64,000 nt of DNA from Octopus sinensis (GCF_006345805.1 NC_043011.1:36220464-36284463); one strand, 5' to 3'; numbered from the stretch's first letter, positions 38,276-51,869 are shown. A program made the numbers and translations. The notes: generated by a model not told the origin, from the sequence alone.

Positions 38276-39537
38276 TTTTTTACTATATATATAAATATGT
38301 GGTGGGGAAGGATGCAGACTTACAAACACACATAAACCAACACACATACACAAACACACACAATGATATATACAAATATGTACATATACATCAATGTACA
38401 CACACATATAGAAAGTAAACCAGATCTCTTTTAGACAACAAGAAAATGACCCGTGGGAAAAGTAAAGTAGGACATATAAAATATCTAAGGTGAGGTTAAA
38501 AGATAGATTTCTTTTTTAATTATCATAGCAATAATTCATCTCAGAAATTTAGATACCGAACACAATAATGAATCTACATATCTTAACGAGAAACATAATT
38601 GTGCTTAATTTGTAGCTAAGATATATATGACTAATTGAAAGAAAGAAATTACACCAGTTCCACTATCATTTCTGAATTGTAATTTATTTTAATTATATAT
38701 GAAATAGCTTATTAACCGTTTTGAATTTAAAATGTTTTAGTAAGTGATAAAAATTATATAAATGTGTACTAAAATGACAGACTGCTTATGGACAGAAAAT
38801 GATAATTGAATTAATACTACAACTACTTGTTCAAGTGGAATTACCACCACCACTACTGCTATTGCTGTGAAGTACTATTATCTGGTAGTACAGCGTTGTA
38901 ATTCTCTCTGTACTGGAAAACCGTCGGTTATAATGATAAATGTTCCAGTTGATACGATTTGTGGAACAACCAGTTAGAGAAATTAATGCACAAGTGACTG
39001 AGTACATCACAAACATTCGTATCCTTAACGTAGTTCTTGGAGAGATTCAGCAAGACACAGAGCACAACAAGGCTGGCCTTTTGAATTACAGGTACAATTT
39101 ACTTGTGCCAGCTGAATGGATTGGAAAAATGTGAAATAAAGTGTCTTGCTCAAGAACACAATGCACCACCAGGAATTGAACTCATGACTTTCCGATTGTG
39201 AGCTGAATACCTCTAACCACTAAGCCACGCACTTTTACAAGTGTTGTTATGAACACCAACCTAACGATTGCTTTTCGTGTACTCGGCACCCATTGAGAAA
39301 TTTATTCTTTATATAATACACACAGATCATCATCACTCTAATATCCACTTTTCCATGCCTAGCATAAGCAACACTGAATTCACTGAAACAAATTTTCCAT
39401 ACCTGAACGCCTATTTATTAGTTAGATGGCAATGGTTAGTGCACCCTTTGTACTTTGGTTCTCTTCAATAAGATCCAGTATTTAAGGAAAGAAGCACCGT
39501 TTGCTCTTGTTGCTTGCTTATATGCTGTACCCTTATA

Positions 39538-40095
39538 TTGGGTTGGCCGGAAATTTCGTGCTGATTTTTAAAGGAAAGAAAAAGGCCAATAAATACTTGC
39601 CATTACATTTTTAATCAACCAAATATGAACCGTTTTGTCTCACAATGTGCCTCCATTAACTTAAAAATACCCTCTTCCCAGAATTTATGTGGTTTCATGG
39701 CAAAGAATTCATCAAGGTATCTTTTTACGTCATCTAAGGAATTGAAATTTTTACCATTAAGACTATTCTGCAGAGACCTGAATAAGTGGAAATCCGAAGG
39801 AGCAATATCAGTTGAATATGGACGGTGGGGTAACATATCCCAGCCAAGCTGCAGCAATTTTTGTCTGGTTCCCAAAGCATCAAGTGCTGAAAATGAACTT
39901 TCTTATCTTCCATTTTAAAGGGTTACAGAATTAATACAGGTTATAGGAACATAAACCTTCTTCCACGAAAAGATAGCTTAAACCGTGCTCTAAATGGAGA
40001 TTTAGTCAAATTCTATTTTATGGACTCAACCATGTTCTAAGATAAGTCGAAAGGTAAGCTACTATAAATTGGCATGAACTTTCCGGACAACCCAA
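39538..40095 (-). mobile_element. Internally deleted mariner transposon
   Basis: TA TSD; TIRs ttgggttggccggaaa and tttccggacaacccaa; minus ORF LGWDMLPHRPYSTDIAPSDFHLFRSLQNSLNGKNF...FWEEGIFKL. Confidence 0.93.
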
Positions 40096-41378
40096 TATAT
40101 TGCAACCATAAGTTGCATTCCACCCTTGATCTGGAGATGGAAAGCTATGATATGGTCTGATGTACAATACTCAGAGAAAGATTCTAACTCCAGCACAGTA
40201 ACTCATTCCACCAGGGAGGAAAATTGATAACCTTGCAATGTTTCCTTACCAAGTAGATGGTCTGAGTGAGTGCTATAATGCAAAAAGTAGTAGCTAGTCA
40301 GTTCTACCTCAGTGATGTTAGGAAGTGCAATGCATCATTATTTCCTAGGAAACAAAATTAAGTCAGTTTCTGCATATGGGACCCTGATGCTGTACCTTGT
40401 CACACTTGACCAAATGGAACATCCAGGACATGAAAGCTGGAGAGAGAGAAAGCCATACCACCTTGTACACATTTTCAGTTGAACCGACTGTTAAATAAAG
40501 TGCATTGCTCAAAAAACACAAGGTACCATCCTATCCAGGACTTGAACCCCTGAACTTATAACTGTGAGCTCAGTACCCCTAACCACTTGGCTATGTGGCT
40601 TCTTTACACGAAATCTCAAATTAGTAGAGTAAAAGGTGTTCTGCTTCAAGATTATTTTAATCTAGCCACTGCTTATATCTGAGAAGCGCATGCGTGTCTG
40701 TGTACATTTGTAGATATTTCAGTAAACATGTATTGACAAATAATTTCTTTTCTTTAACTCTTCTCCGAGCCTTTATCGTGTTGATAAAAATGTTTACATA
40801 GATTTTCATTGAAAGAGACAAATGTAAAGGAATAACCTCCAGGCAATGGAACAACATGAATGATGCCTGACTATTTGTCTTTTACCATTTTAACTAAGAA
40901 TAAAAGTTTGTTGATTTTATTTCTCAGATTTTTCTCACTGTTAAAATATGCATGGCTACAGAGGAATCCTGTAAAAGTAACTCTCAGCAAGTAAATATGA
41001 CGAAAAGAAAAATAAGAAAGTATTGCCATTATTTGACAAATATTGAAACGCATTTATTTATTCAGTTCAAGATTCTTCATTTTGCTTGTTTCTCTTCAGG
41101 CAAAACTATATCCAAAACAAATATTGTTTTTTGGTTTTTATATATATATATATATATTAGTTTGATTTTTTTCTTTTTCATCCTTTCTGCAGCTTTCACA
41201 TAACATAGTATTTTAATGCAGGAAATACGGAATTCCTAAAAGACTATAGCATGAATTTTAATTTTATTTTTAATATCCTGTTTAGCAAAATTACTGGTGG
41301 ATCAATGGTAAGATCATTCTGATTGAATTCATATAAGTTTACTATTATTATCTGATGAAATTTATTATTATTATTATA

Positions 41379-41411
<33 letters not shown>

Positions 41412-41523
41412 TGCTGATGGTGCTCCTACTTTTTTTTCTCTTATGTAATTTTGGTTTTCTAATATATTCTGTTAATAGTTATAGTTGATTGCAGATTCTG
41501 TCAATGTAAGGTATTTTACATGC

Positions 41524-41565
<42 letters not shown>

Positions 41566-41578
41566 TGAGATACACAGC

Positions 41579-41612
<34 letters not shown>

Positions 41613-42539
41613 CATGCACAAATGCATATATATGTACACACACACACATAGATGTATGTATGTATGTATATATATGTATGTGTGTATATATATATATATT
41701 TACATATATATACATATATCTATGTGTGTGTATACACACACACACATGCACAAGGTAGTAATCTATCAGTATATACCTGACGCCGAACAAGAAAAATTTC
41801 ATCTTTTGATAAAAATCAGAAACTGAAAACCTATTTTTCAATGATTAAATCAAATTCTGACAGCCAATATTCTCATGTTAACATAGATTATAGGATAGAA
41901 AATGAAAAGCATTTAGTTTAAAAACATAAACTTCTCACTTGCATTACACGCATACATACACTCACACTCACATGCTTACACGCTTATCGTAGATATATTT
42001 TTATAGAAAGATGAGTGGCTTAATGCATTGCAATGTTTGATTTTCATCTCATGACTCTGAGTTCAAATGTAACTTGAACTTAACTATAGTCTTGATCAAT
42101 CTGAATTATTTTGCTCACAGCAGTGTGAAAGCAAATAGATAAGTGGTCGGATTGTTGGGCTCAAGGTCACAGGTTCGATTCTTGGATAGGACCAGCATAT
42201 TGGTCATTGAGAAAAGCATTTTATTTTGAGTGTTGGTTCAGTCTACTCGGCTAAAATGAGTATCAGAGAAGTATTGGTGCTGTGCTCACTCTTTTCAGCT
42301 GATACATCTTTGAGTCCCTGTTGGATGATAGGTGGAAGAACTGAGAGGCAGACTGTGTGTACTCAGAATTACACAACAGAAGCAATTAACAAAAGCAACG
42401 GTACATGCTGCTAAATCATACTCACTTGTGAGGGATGCTATGGTTCTGCTCAGTAGCCTAATTGGGTTGACAGTCTCAGGCCTCTCCAGGTGATACTTCT
42501 TATGAGGGCTGCTCTTTTGAGTCTGCTGTATATGGGGAC

Positions 42540-42852
42540 AGCACCAGGCTTACAATCATGAGGTAGTGAGATCGATTCCTGGATCAGTATGTTGGGTTCT
42601 TGGGCAAGACTCTTTATTTCATGTTGCTCCAGTTCACTCAGCTGCAGAAATAAGTTTTGATGTCATGGATGCCAAGCTATATCAGCCTTTGCCTTTCCTT
42701 TGGATAACATCAGTAGCATGGAGAGAGGAGGCTGGCATGCATAGGTGATTGTTGGTCTTCCATAAACAACCTTTCTTAGACTTGTACCTCAGAAGGGAAC
42801 TTTCTAGGTGCATCCCATGTTCATTCATGAACGAATGGGGTCTTTATTCTTT
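42540..42852 (+). mobile_element. SINE family E
   Basis: Collinear with the minus strand of 37605-37940. Confidence 0.8.
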
Positions 42853-43802
42853 TACGGAGACAAAAGTGGGGTAAACTCAAAGGCTGCTACCGGTAGTACA
42901 CACTCTGGTGTTCACTAAACTCAGTAAGTAAGCAATAGCTTCACTATTTACATAGTCTTAAGGTTTAGAATTGAAATGGCATTAGCTTGGTAATGAGAGA
43001 TTGGCCACAGTATATCAGGCAAGATCAGCCTAATTCTCAACCAACGATATTTTGGCTGCAACCATTTGATCATCTGATTTTGAATGATTGCCAAGATCAA
43101 ATAAATGTTGCTTGAAATATCATTGGCTGGCAGGCTGATGTCTCATATGCTGAGGCCTATCTCTCTTTACTAAGCTAATGTGATTTCAATTCTACATTTT
43201 GCTACAAAGGCATTGTTAAGCCCCAGATCAATTCCAATCAAACTGACTTGCGAATAAAGGAAGTCCAATCAAGACCACTCAGTTTGTTTCTTTTCTTCAG
43301 ACACTGCATCTATGACTAAATATCTACTTTCCTTAATTTACCTTCCTTTAAGACAGAGAGATATGATGGCTGTTCTTAAGTCAAATGACTACACATAATC
43401 CTTTGATGTTTCTCCTAAACAACAGTTTACTTTTAAATAAAAGGAACATATATCAAAAGAAATAATGATTACACACAAAATATTACTAATTCTGTATGTA
43501 CAGTAAAGCTGAATAGCTAAGATGTTCACTTCACAACTGCAAGTTTCTGGGTTCGATTCCACTGCGTGGTATCTTGGACAAATATTTTCTATAACTTCAG
43601 TTTATAAGATAGAAACTGCATATTAGTACAGTTGGATGGATTGCAACTATTTTTCAGAAGATGCACCTTCATCACACGCTATGTCATACTGAATTTACTT
43701 GAGAATGATGTTTATTCAACCACTTTTACATTCAGAATCAGATAATCCAATTGATTTCACTGACTGAAATGCTCCATTACTAATTCAATACTCAAGTCAG
43801 AT

Positions 43803-44420
43803 AAGGTGGCTAGCTGGTTGAAACTTTAGCATGCTGGGTGAAATGCTTAGTGGTATTTCGTCTGTCACAACATTCTGAGTTCAAATTCCGCCGAGGTCGA
43901 CTTTGCCTTTCATCCTTTCAGGGTCAATAAATTAAATACCAGTTACGTACTGGGGTTGATGTAGTCGACTTAATCCGTTTGTCTGTCCTTATTTGTCCAC
44001 TCTGTGTTTAGCCCCTTGTGGGCAGTAAAGAAATAGGTATTTCGTCTGTCTTTACATTCTGAGTTCAAATTCTGCCGAGGTCGATTTTTGCCTTTCATCC
44101 TTTCGGGGTTGATAAATTAAGTACCAGTTGCATACTGGGGTTGATCTAATCGACTGCCCCCACCAAAATTTCGGGCTTTGTGTCTAGAGTAGAAAAGAAA
44201 AACTTCGGCACCAAGCTGGTAGAAACGTTAGCATGCCAGGTGAAATGCTTAGAGGTATTTTGTTTGTCTTTATGTTCTGAGTTCAAATTCCGCTGAGGTC
44301 GACTTTGCCTTTCATCATTTCAGGGTTGATAAATTATGTATCAGTTGCATACTGGGGTCGATCTAATTGACTGGTCCCCTCCCCAAAAATTTCAGGCCTT
44401 GTACCTAGAGTAGAAAAGAA
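43803..44420 (+). mobile_element. SINE family B array (long-tail, headless short-tail and short-tail monomers)
   Basis: Central domain repeated near 43890, 44075 and 44295. Confidence 0.9.
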
Positions 44421-44516
44421 TACTCAAGTCTGTTCAAAAACTGCCTTAGGTTGTTTTAATCAAGAAAAAAAATTGTTTTGTAGGGCTTTTATTTTTAGTA
44501 AAAGTATTTGTAATTG

Positions 44517-44820
44517 TGTGAAGGCACATGACCTAGTGGTTAGAGCAGTGGACTCATGGTCGAGGGATTGCAGGTTCGAATCCCAGACTGGGTGATGTGT
44601 GTGTTTATGAGTGAAACACCTAAGCTCCACGCAGCTCCGCCAAAAGGTAATGGCGAACTTCTGCTGACTCTTACACCACAATTTTCTCTCACTCTTTCCT
44701 CCTGCACCTTGTAGCTCACCGGCAATGGACAGCATCTCAACCAGGTGGGGAACCTATACGTCAAGGAAACTGGGAAACTGGCCATTATGAGCCAGGCATG
44801 GCTCGAGAAGGAACAAACAA
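44517..44820 (+). mobile_element. SINE family D with intact Pol III boxes
   Basis: A-box-like tgacctagtggt, B-box ggttcgaatccc, tail gagccaggcatggctcgagaaggaacaaacaa. Confidence 0.8.
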
Positions 44821-46423
44821 TTTGTAATTATAAAGTTAAAAGTCAAAAGCTGAGGCAGTGAGTTAGAAGAATTGTTATCTCACATGACGGAATGCTTGTC
44901 TTTACATTCTGTTGAGGCTGAATTTGCCTTTCATTTTTCCAGGGTTGGTAAAGTAAGTACCAGTTGAGTACTGGGAACAAGGTAATTGATTTAGTCCCAC
45001 TACTGAAATTTCAGGCCGCATGCCTATATTAGAAAGGAATATGGCAGCCAAAAGCAGGCATTCTTGTAGAATAGAGTTGGAAAATATCTGATGCTTCAGA
45101 AATCATATCTTTGGGGAGATGTGTTTGTTTTGAATCATTGCAGATTATGATTCTGCAAAAACGAATTTTTTGCCACACACTTTTGGCATTATTTATATTT
45201 TTTTTTCAGAGTTATGCTACAAGTATTTTTGCAGAATTATAATCGGAGATTTCTAAACACATCTAAAAAAAAAAAAAGACTAAAGTCAAAACTGAAAACT
45301 TACAAAATTACACCTTGAACTTAGGCACGCACACACACATACACACACATGCATGTACACATACACATACACACAATTATCTTTGATGAGTAGAGCAGAC
45401 ACATCTGAAAAAATAAATTTTTGTTGTACTAAGTAATGTCTGACTCTATTCTAAAAGAATAGCCCAAAACCAAAATAACAGTCTCACCACCATTAACTCT
45501 TGTTTCATTCCAGGTTATCCCTACAAGAACTGTACTATAAACTGTACTATCATCAAAAGCAATCCAGTTGTGCCCTTCATCCTTATGTGGGTATCAAAGA
45601 TGACATTTTAAATTTTATAGGGTTATTATTCACAAAAGATTTGACTGCTATTTCTAACAGATTGAGCAATCACTACAACCTTTCTCCAGATAAGCTTTGA
45701 TTTAGTTTAGCTATGATGAAAGATATTCCAGCTATAACAAAAGTCATCATTTTCCTTTTAAATATTGTGTATCTTAGACTTCAATCACTAAGGTAGCTTC
45801 CTCTTCTTTTAAGATAGTAAAGTGTGATTACAAGCAGAGTTGTCAGAAAGGTGAAACATAAGGTTCAGGTAATAGAAAGAATGTTTTATCATTCAAATAC
45901 TTTCGTTCTATAAGACTTTCATTATTGTTTCCCTCAAGGCTGGATTAAGATCCATAGAGGCTTGGAGCACTTAAAGGATTTTGGTGCCTTCATATGTATG
46001 CAACGCAAAATATAAACAATAATAAACTAGAATACAAATTTTTATTTTCCAAAATGGAACAGAAATTTACAGTAAAATGGAAAATAATGTTTATTTTTGT
46101 ATACTTCAAATTTATTTATATTTGAAAAGTTTTCTCCTACTGTTTTTTTAATTGCAAAGTCTTTCATCAAAATTAATCTTATGTAACACATCTGCTTCCA
46201 TACTTCCTGAATAGTATTTTAGCAAATTTAAAGTGATTTTCTTTTGTGCTGTAAATCATTTACCATTTCTGTGGTTCCCCACTTCACTTGATGCTCTAAG
46301 TATGTCCATATTTTACTTTAAGGTTAAACCATTGCTGCTCAACATCTATTAAAAATTGTGACCCTTCTGGCCACACTTATAACAGCGTGGCTTCCTGCCC
46401 TCTACCATTATAAAAATAAAATG

Positions 46424-46770
46424 GTAGTGAGCTGGCAGAAATGTTAGCATGCCGGATGAAACGCTTAGCAGTATATCCTCTGTCTTTACATTCTGAGTTC
46501 AAATTCTGCCAAGGTCAACTTTGCTTTTCATCCTTTCAGGGTTGATAAATTAAGTTGCTGTTGCATACTGGGGTCAATCCAATCAACTAACTCCCTCCAC
46601 CAAATTCCTGGCCTTGTGCCTAGATTAGAAAAGAAACGTTAGCACGCCGGGTGAAATGCTTAGTGGTATTTCGTCTGTCTTTACATTATGAGTTCAAATT
46701 CCGCCAAGGTCAACTTTGTCTTTCATCCTTTCGGAGTCGATAAATTAAGTACCAGTTACGTATTGGAGTC
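46424..46770 (+). mobile_element. Two tandem SINE family B monomers
   Basis: Central domain near 46510 and 46705. Confidence 0.9.
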
Positions 46771-46844
46771 GATCTAATCGACTGGACACTGCCCAAAAGT
46801 TTTGGGTCTTGTGCCTTGAGCAGAAAAGAACATCTTTTTATTGT

Positions 46845-47243
46845 TTTATTCTATTATTCATTTCAGTCTACGGCCATGCTGTAGCACTGCATTTAGTTGA
46901 GCAAATCAACCTCAGGACTTATTCTTTGTAAGCCTAGTACTTATTCTATCAGTCTCTTTTTGCCAAACTGCAAAGTAACGGGGACGTAAACATACCAGCA
47001 CCAGTCATCATGTGATGATGGGGGAGACAAACACGGTAACACAAACACACACATACATATATATATACATATATACGACAGGCTTCTTTCAGTTTCCGAC
47101 AACCAAATCCACTCACAAGACTCTGGTCATCCTGAGGCTATCGTAAAAGACACTTACCCAAGGTGCCTTCTACATAGTGGGACTGAACCTGGAACCATGT
47201 GGTTGGTAAGCAAGCTACTTACCACACAGGCACTCCTGCGCCT
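46845..47243 (-). mobile_element. SINE family A
   Basis: Full length in reverse; head ends ccacacaggcactcctgcgcct. Confidence 0.9.
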
Positions 47244-47449
47244 ATTAACAATTTTATCATTGATTATTTTCGTTTTCTGCTAAACTTATTACAGCTTTTT
47301 AATCATACTTTTTTTTTCTGCTAAATGATAAAGGAAGTCATTAAATGGAGAAGTTCCCTTTAGAGGAGTTCCAATATAGGCATTAGTTCTTTAAATTTCT
47401 ATCAGGACCTTATTGAAACACCATTGTAACCATCTCTTTTCCAGATATA

Positions 47450-47815
47450 GGCATAGACATGGCTGAGTGGTAAGAAGCTTGCTTCCAACCACATGGTTTC
47501 AGGTTCAGTCCCAATGTAAGGCACCTTGGGCAAGTGTCTTCTACTATAATGTCGGATCAACCAAAACCTTGTGAGCGGATATGGTAAAGGAAACTGAATG
47601 AAGCTTGTCATGTGAGTATGTGTGTGTGTTTGCATCTGTGTTATTTCCCCACCACTGCTTGATAACCAGTGTTGATGTGTTTGTGTCCCTGTAACATAGT
47701 GGTTCAGCAAAAGAGACCAATACAATAACAACCAGGCTTTAAAATAATTAAGTCTTAGGGTCGATTCATTCAACTAAAAATTCTTGAAGGTTGTGCCCCA
47801 GCATGGCCGAATCAA
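47450..47815 (+). mobile_element. SINE family A (diverged)
   Basis: aggcatagacatggctgagtggtaag...caccttgggcaagtgtctt...gtgccccagcatggcc. Confidence 0.85.
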
Positions 47816-47995
47816 ACCTTTTTCATTTATCATCCAGCTTGTATATATATATATGTGTGTGTGTGTGGCTACATTAAAGGTATTTAAAGTTACAGCCTTG
47901 TTCCATGCATTTCTTTATACCGTGCTCCCATCAAATGATATTACAGCCTTCTGAATAGAGTCACATTAGATGGTTCTTCAACTTATCCATCTAAA

Positions 47996-48451
47996 CAGTA
48001 ATTTCTCGACTATCATGGGTGTTATGTTTCAAACCACTCATGATAGGTGAAAATCCGTGAAGTAGAAATAGTACTGTACTGTATATTTTTTTAAATGATT
48101 TTTATAATTTGTATATATTTATTTTATTATAAATGCAAAACAGAGAAATCAACATAAGCTTTAATAATAAACCCATTCCTTTATTACCCACAAGGGGCTA
48201 AACACAGAGGGGACAAACAAGGACAGACATAGGTATTAAGTCGATTACATCGACCCCAGTGTGTAACTGGTACTTAATTTATCGACCCCGAAAGGATGAA
48301 AGGCAAAGTCGACCTCGGCGGAATTTGAACTCAGAACGTAACGCAGACGAAATACCGCTAAGCATTTCGCCCGGCGTGCTAACGATTCTGCCAGCTCGCC
48401 TGCAAACGGTGAACCATAATAGGTGAACTGCGATATGGTGAGGGATTACTG
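47996..48451. mobile_element. pogo/Tigger-like MITE interrupted by a SINE B (48181-48400, minus)
   Basis: Ends cagtaatttctcgactatc and gatatggtgagggattactg followed by TA. Confidence 0.55.
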
Positions 48452-48499
48452 TAGTAATACAGGATAATATTCTAATATTCTCTTGAATCTCTGTAATTT

Positions 48500-49008
48500 A
48501 CACCGCCTTATGGTCCCAGCAGACAAAACGGAAAAAAGTGTGATCCTGGAGAATGGCAAGGGGATGTGCTGGAACGGTCACTCTGACTCACGGTGTTGGC
48601 ACTTGGAGATCATCATCACCACTCTGACTGTAGTGAGCAGGGATATGATCCGGGGGCTGAGAACACCAAAGGTTTCCATGGCCACAGGCTCGACCATAGG
48701 CCTGTCAGAGAGCAACTGATACTTTGACAGTTTGATTTTTCACTGTTCCACGAGCAGTGGAGCCTGGGCTGGTAACTGAACGCACTAAGTTACTGTTGGA
48801 GATGGGATCACAGCATGTGGCATCCCAGATGAGAGGCCTACTGTCTGAGAATGGGAAAATCATCATACTGTTCATAGTGTCAAGCTTTTCACTGTCCCTT
48901 CGGTCTAGTCCTGCTGACTCGAGTTGGGAACGGAAGCCAGCGGCATCTAGGCCATGCTTTATGATTTCATTAAGGGTGGCATGGCATGGAAGGTGGCTAC
49001 CACTATAA
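48500..49008 (-). pseudogene. CRE-clade non-LTR retrotransposon C-terminal restriction-like endonuclease relic
   Basis: Minus translation HATLNEIIKHGLDAAGFRSQLESAGLDRRDSEKLD...FPFSDSRPLIWDATCCD...SKY...EPVAMETFGV follows the RH..LN..I.RAL...EP.GL.R.DGKRPDG...WD.T..D...K..KY...P.A.ET.G pattern of CRE RLE domains. Confidence 0.8.
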
Positions 49009-49944
49009 TGGTAAAAAAAAATTATACATTGAAAGGGAAAATTTTGTCTCTATTCGACAATGTCGATGCGAATGTATCTAAGTGACAACATGCACTACAT
49101 TTTTCTTTCTAAAATATTTTCAGATCCTTATCTTCTTAACCAAAGATACACATTTAATCAAAGAATGCCTAAATTTTTCAAAAGGAAAGGAAAATGAAAA
49201 AAAAGCGTTTGCAAATTTTTACAAATATCTATTTTCCCTTCCTCAATTTTCAGTTTGTGATCGTTGACCAAGAATGCCAAGCATTTATTACTACACTGTC
49301 CAATGTGTCCTTCCCACTTTTAGATAAAAAAGCAGTGGCTGTAAGGAGTGGAGAAAATTGTTACTGCTATTACTAGCACTCACACAGAGACACCTTCGTT
49401 GGTTTCTTCACCACAAGCCAAGAAAATTCAATAAAAATGTATCTGTGAAAATTCGATATACAAATCAAGCAGATAAGAGTTTACGGCTGTTGGCAGTTTT
49501 TGAATTGCAAGTGGTATAATTAGGTTAAATAATTATCTATAAACAATTTTCTGTGGTATTAATTACAGCCAGTTTGATAGTTGATCTACTTGCTTAATAA
49601 AAAAAATTTGTCCTCTGTGTGTACGTGTGTGTGCGTGTGTCTGCGCATGTGTGCTTTAGTCAAAGACTTTGAAGAAGTCACTGGCAAATGAATTTGGTGT
49701 GAATTTAAGAATAATTAAATTATAATACAATTCAATTTAATTAGCAAAACAATTTTCTTTTTCTTTAACAAAACTTATATATTTCGTAAAACAACTCTAA
49801 AGAAGTTTAAGAGAAAATGAATAATTTAGAAATGTATACGTATGGAAATTGTTTGTAATACTCTGTGTGTGTGTCGTCTGCAGTGGGAACAGGGACAATT
49901 TTCTCTACGAAGGCTCCGTTTTAGTCTATCCACTGATATTTATT

Positions 49945-50172
49945 TCTTTACTACCCACAAGGGGCTAAACACAGAGGGGACAAACAAGGACAGACAAAAC
50001 AATTGAGTCGATTCCATCGACCTCAGTGCGTAACTGGTACTTAATTTATCGACCCCGAAAGGATGAAAGGCAAAGTCAACCTCGGCGGAATTTGAACTCA
50101 GAACGTAACGGCAGACGAAATACGGCTACGCATTTCGCCCGGCGTGCTAACGTTTCTGCCAGCTCGCCGCCT
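49945..50172 (-). mobile_element. SINE family B (long tail)
   Basis: Close to the family consensus; truncates the adjacent Gypsy fragment. Confidence 0.92.
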
Positions 50173-50320
50173 CTGATATTGTGTCTTTATGATCATTGGT
50201 GTCTATAGTGAAAAAATTATCCGTGCGTGAAAGGAAACGGTAAGGACCTGCATACAGTAGTGTTAACGGAAGTTTTAACAATATCGTTACACACAAAGAC
50301 GTGAGTCCAAAAAGTAAAGC
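50173..50320 (-). pseudogene. Gypsy LTR-retrotransposon pol C-terminal (post-integrase) fragment
   Basis: WTHVFVCNDIVK / PLTLLYAGPYRFLSRTDNFFTIDTNDHKDTIS matches the THVFVR.D.V..PL.P.Y.GPY.VL.R..K.F..D.NG..DTVSIDRLK pattern. Confidence 0.7.
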
Positions 50321-50454
50321 TTTCTTCAAGGCAGAGTTCTAAAATGCAATTATCAAGGAAGTAAGAGGTTTTAAACTGGAGCGATATATTCAAAATTGGT
50401 AAAACTATAAATTGTCGAGGATAAATTGAATTTATTATTGTTACAGAACATACT

Positions 50455-50842
50455 CTTTTACTCTTTTACTTGTTTCAGTCATTTGACTGCGGCCATGCTG
50501 CAGCACCGCCTTTAGTCGAGCAACTCGACCCCGGGACTTATTCTTTTTGTAAGCCCAGTACTTATTCTATCGGTCTCTTTTTGCCGAACCGCTAAGTGAC
50601 GGGGACGTAAATACACCAACATCGGTTGTCAAGCAATGCTAGGGGAACAAAGACAGACACACACACATACATATATATACATATATACGACAGGCTTCTT
50701 TCAGTTTCCGTCTACCAAATCCACTCACAAGGCATTGGTCGGCCCGGGGCTATAGCAGAAGACACTTGCCTAAGATGCCACGCAGTGGGACTGAACCCGG
50801 AACCATATGGTTGTTTAGCAAGCTACTTACCACACAGCCACC
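50455..50842 (-). mobile_element. SINE family A (young)
   Basis: Near-consensus and CpG-rich; tail (tactctttt)n. Confidence 0.95.
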
Positions 50843-51093
50843 CCGTTATTTAATTTCTGGACGATTTTGTTGCCGTTGTTTATGTACTTTGATTTCTTTA
50901 TCCATCAAGTATTCTCGTTCGTGGGAGCAGTCGAGTTAATTCGGATATTTTCATTTAAAAAATCATCTCTGGCTAATCGTTGAGAGGATGTTGGCGTTGC
51001 CTTGCTGGAGGTTTGCGCTCTCTGAGTGCTCTTGTTATATTTTGTACTACTATATATTATTCAATGGAAATTACAATTTTGAAAGAATTACAC

Positions 51094-51869
51094 GGATCTT
51101 TTCCTTTTGAACGGCAGTTTGTAACATAATTTTTAGATAACTAAAAAGTTTTAAACTTCGTTTACTGGTAGAATGTGTTTATAAAACATCATTTTCTCTT
51201 GGCTTTATTGAGAAAATTCTATAGGTTGTAACATATTTCGTCTTTAATTACTTGCATTTCGGCAATTTTAACCAATCACTGGCGTCCATTTAGGTAAACA
51301 ACATTCTGTGCCGCATGAATATGTCCCTCGTTTAAGAAACAGATTGGGTTTATTTACATTTGTGAAGAAAAAAAGATACCTCTCCCCCACCCCTAACCCT
51401 AAATCTAAAATAGATCGATACTAGGGTTATAATTATGGGTGACAATTTCATACGACACCACTAAGTTTTTTATAGCGGTGTCGTAGGAAATTGTCACCCA
51501 TAATTATAACCCTAGTATCGATCTATTGCATTTCAATCTATTTTAGATTTAGGGTTAGAGTTAGGGTTAGGGGTGGGGGAAGGGTATCTTTTTTTCTTCA
51601 CAAATGTAAATAAACCCAATCTGTTTCTTAAACGAGGGACATATTCATTATGCACCGAGTGTTATTTACGTCAATGGAGGTAATTGATTGGTTAAAATTG
51701 CCGAAATGCAAGAAATTTTAGACGAAATATGTAACAACATATAGAATTTTCTAAATAAAGCCAAGAGAAAATGATGTTTTATAAACACATTCTACCAGTA
51801 TACGAAGTTTAAAAGTTTTTAGTTACCTAGAAATTATGTTACAAACTGCCGTTCAAAAGGAAAAGATCC
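51094..51869. mobile_element. 776-bp foldback DNA element, Merlin-like
   Basis: Arms 51094-51463 and 51473-51869 are inverted repeats around a 9-nt loop; termini GGATCTTTTCCTTTTGAACGGCAG; 8-bp TSD aattacac (51086-51093 and 51870-51877). Confidence 0.88.

Noticed and set aside
41100-41165. Third candidate exon after a strong acceptor
   Set aside because: No credible donor; the frame runs into (TA)n and stops.
44517-44595. tRNA gene
   Set aside because: A and B boxes are present, but there is no complete cloverleaf and it continues into a SINE body. The same applies to the other SINE heads.
51380-51590. True telomere or chromosome-fusion site
   Set aside because: Only 2-4 degenerate TTAGGG units, symmetrically placed inside a TSD-flanked foldback element.
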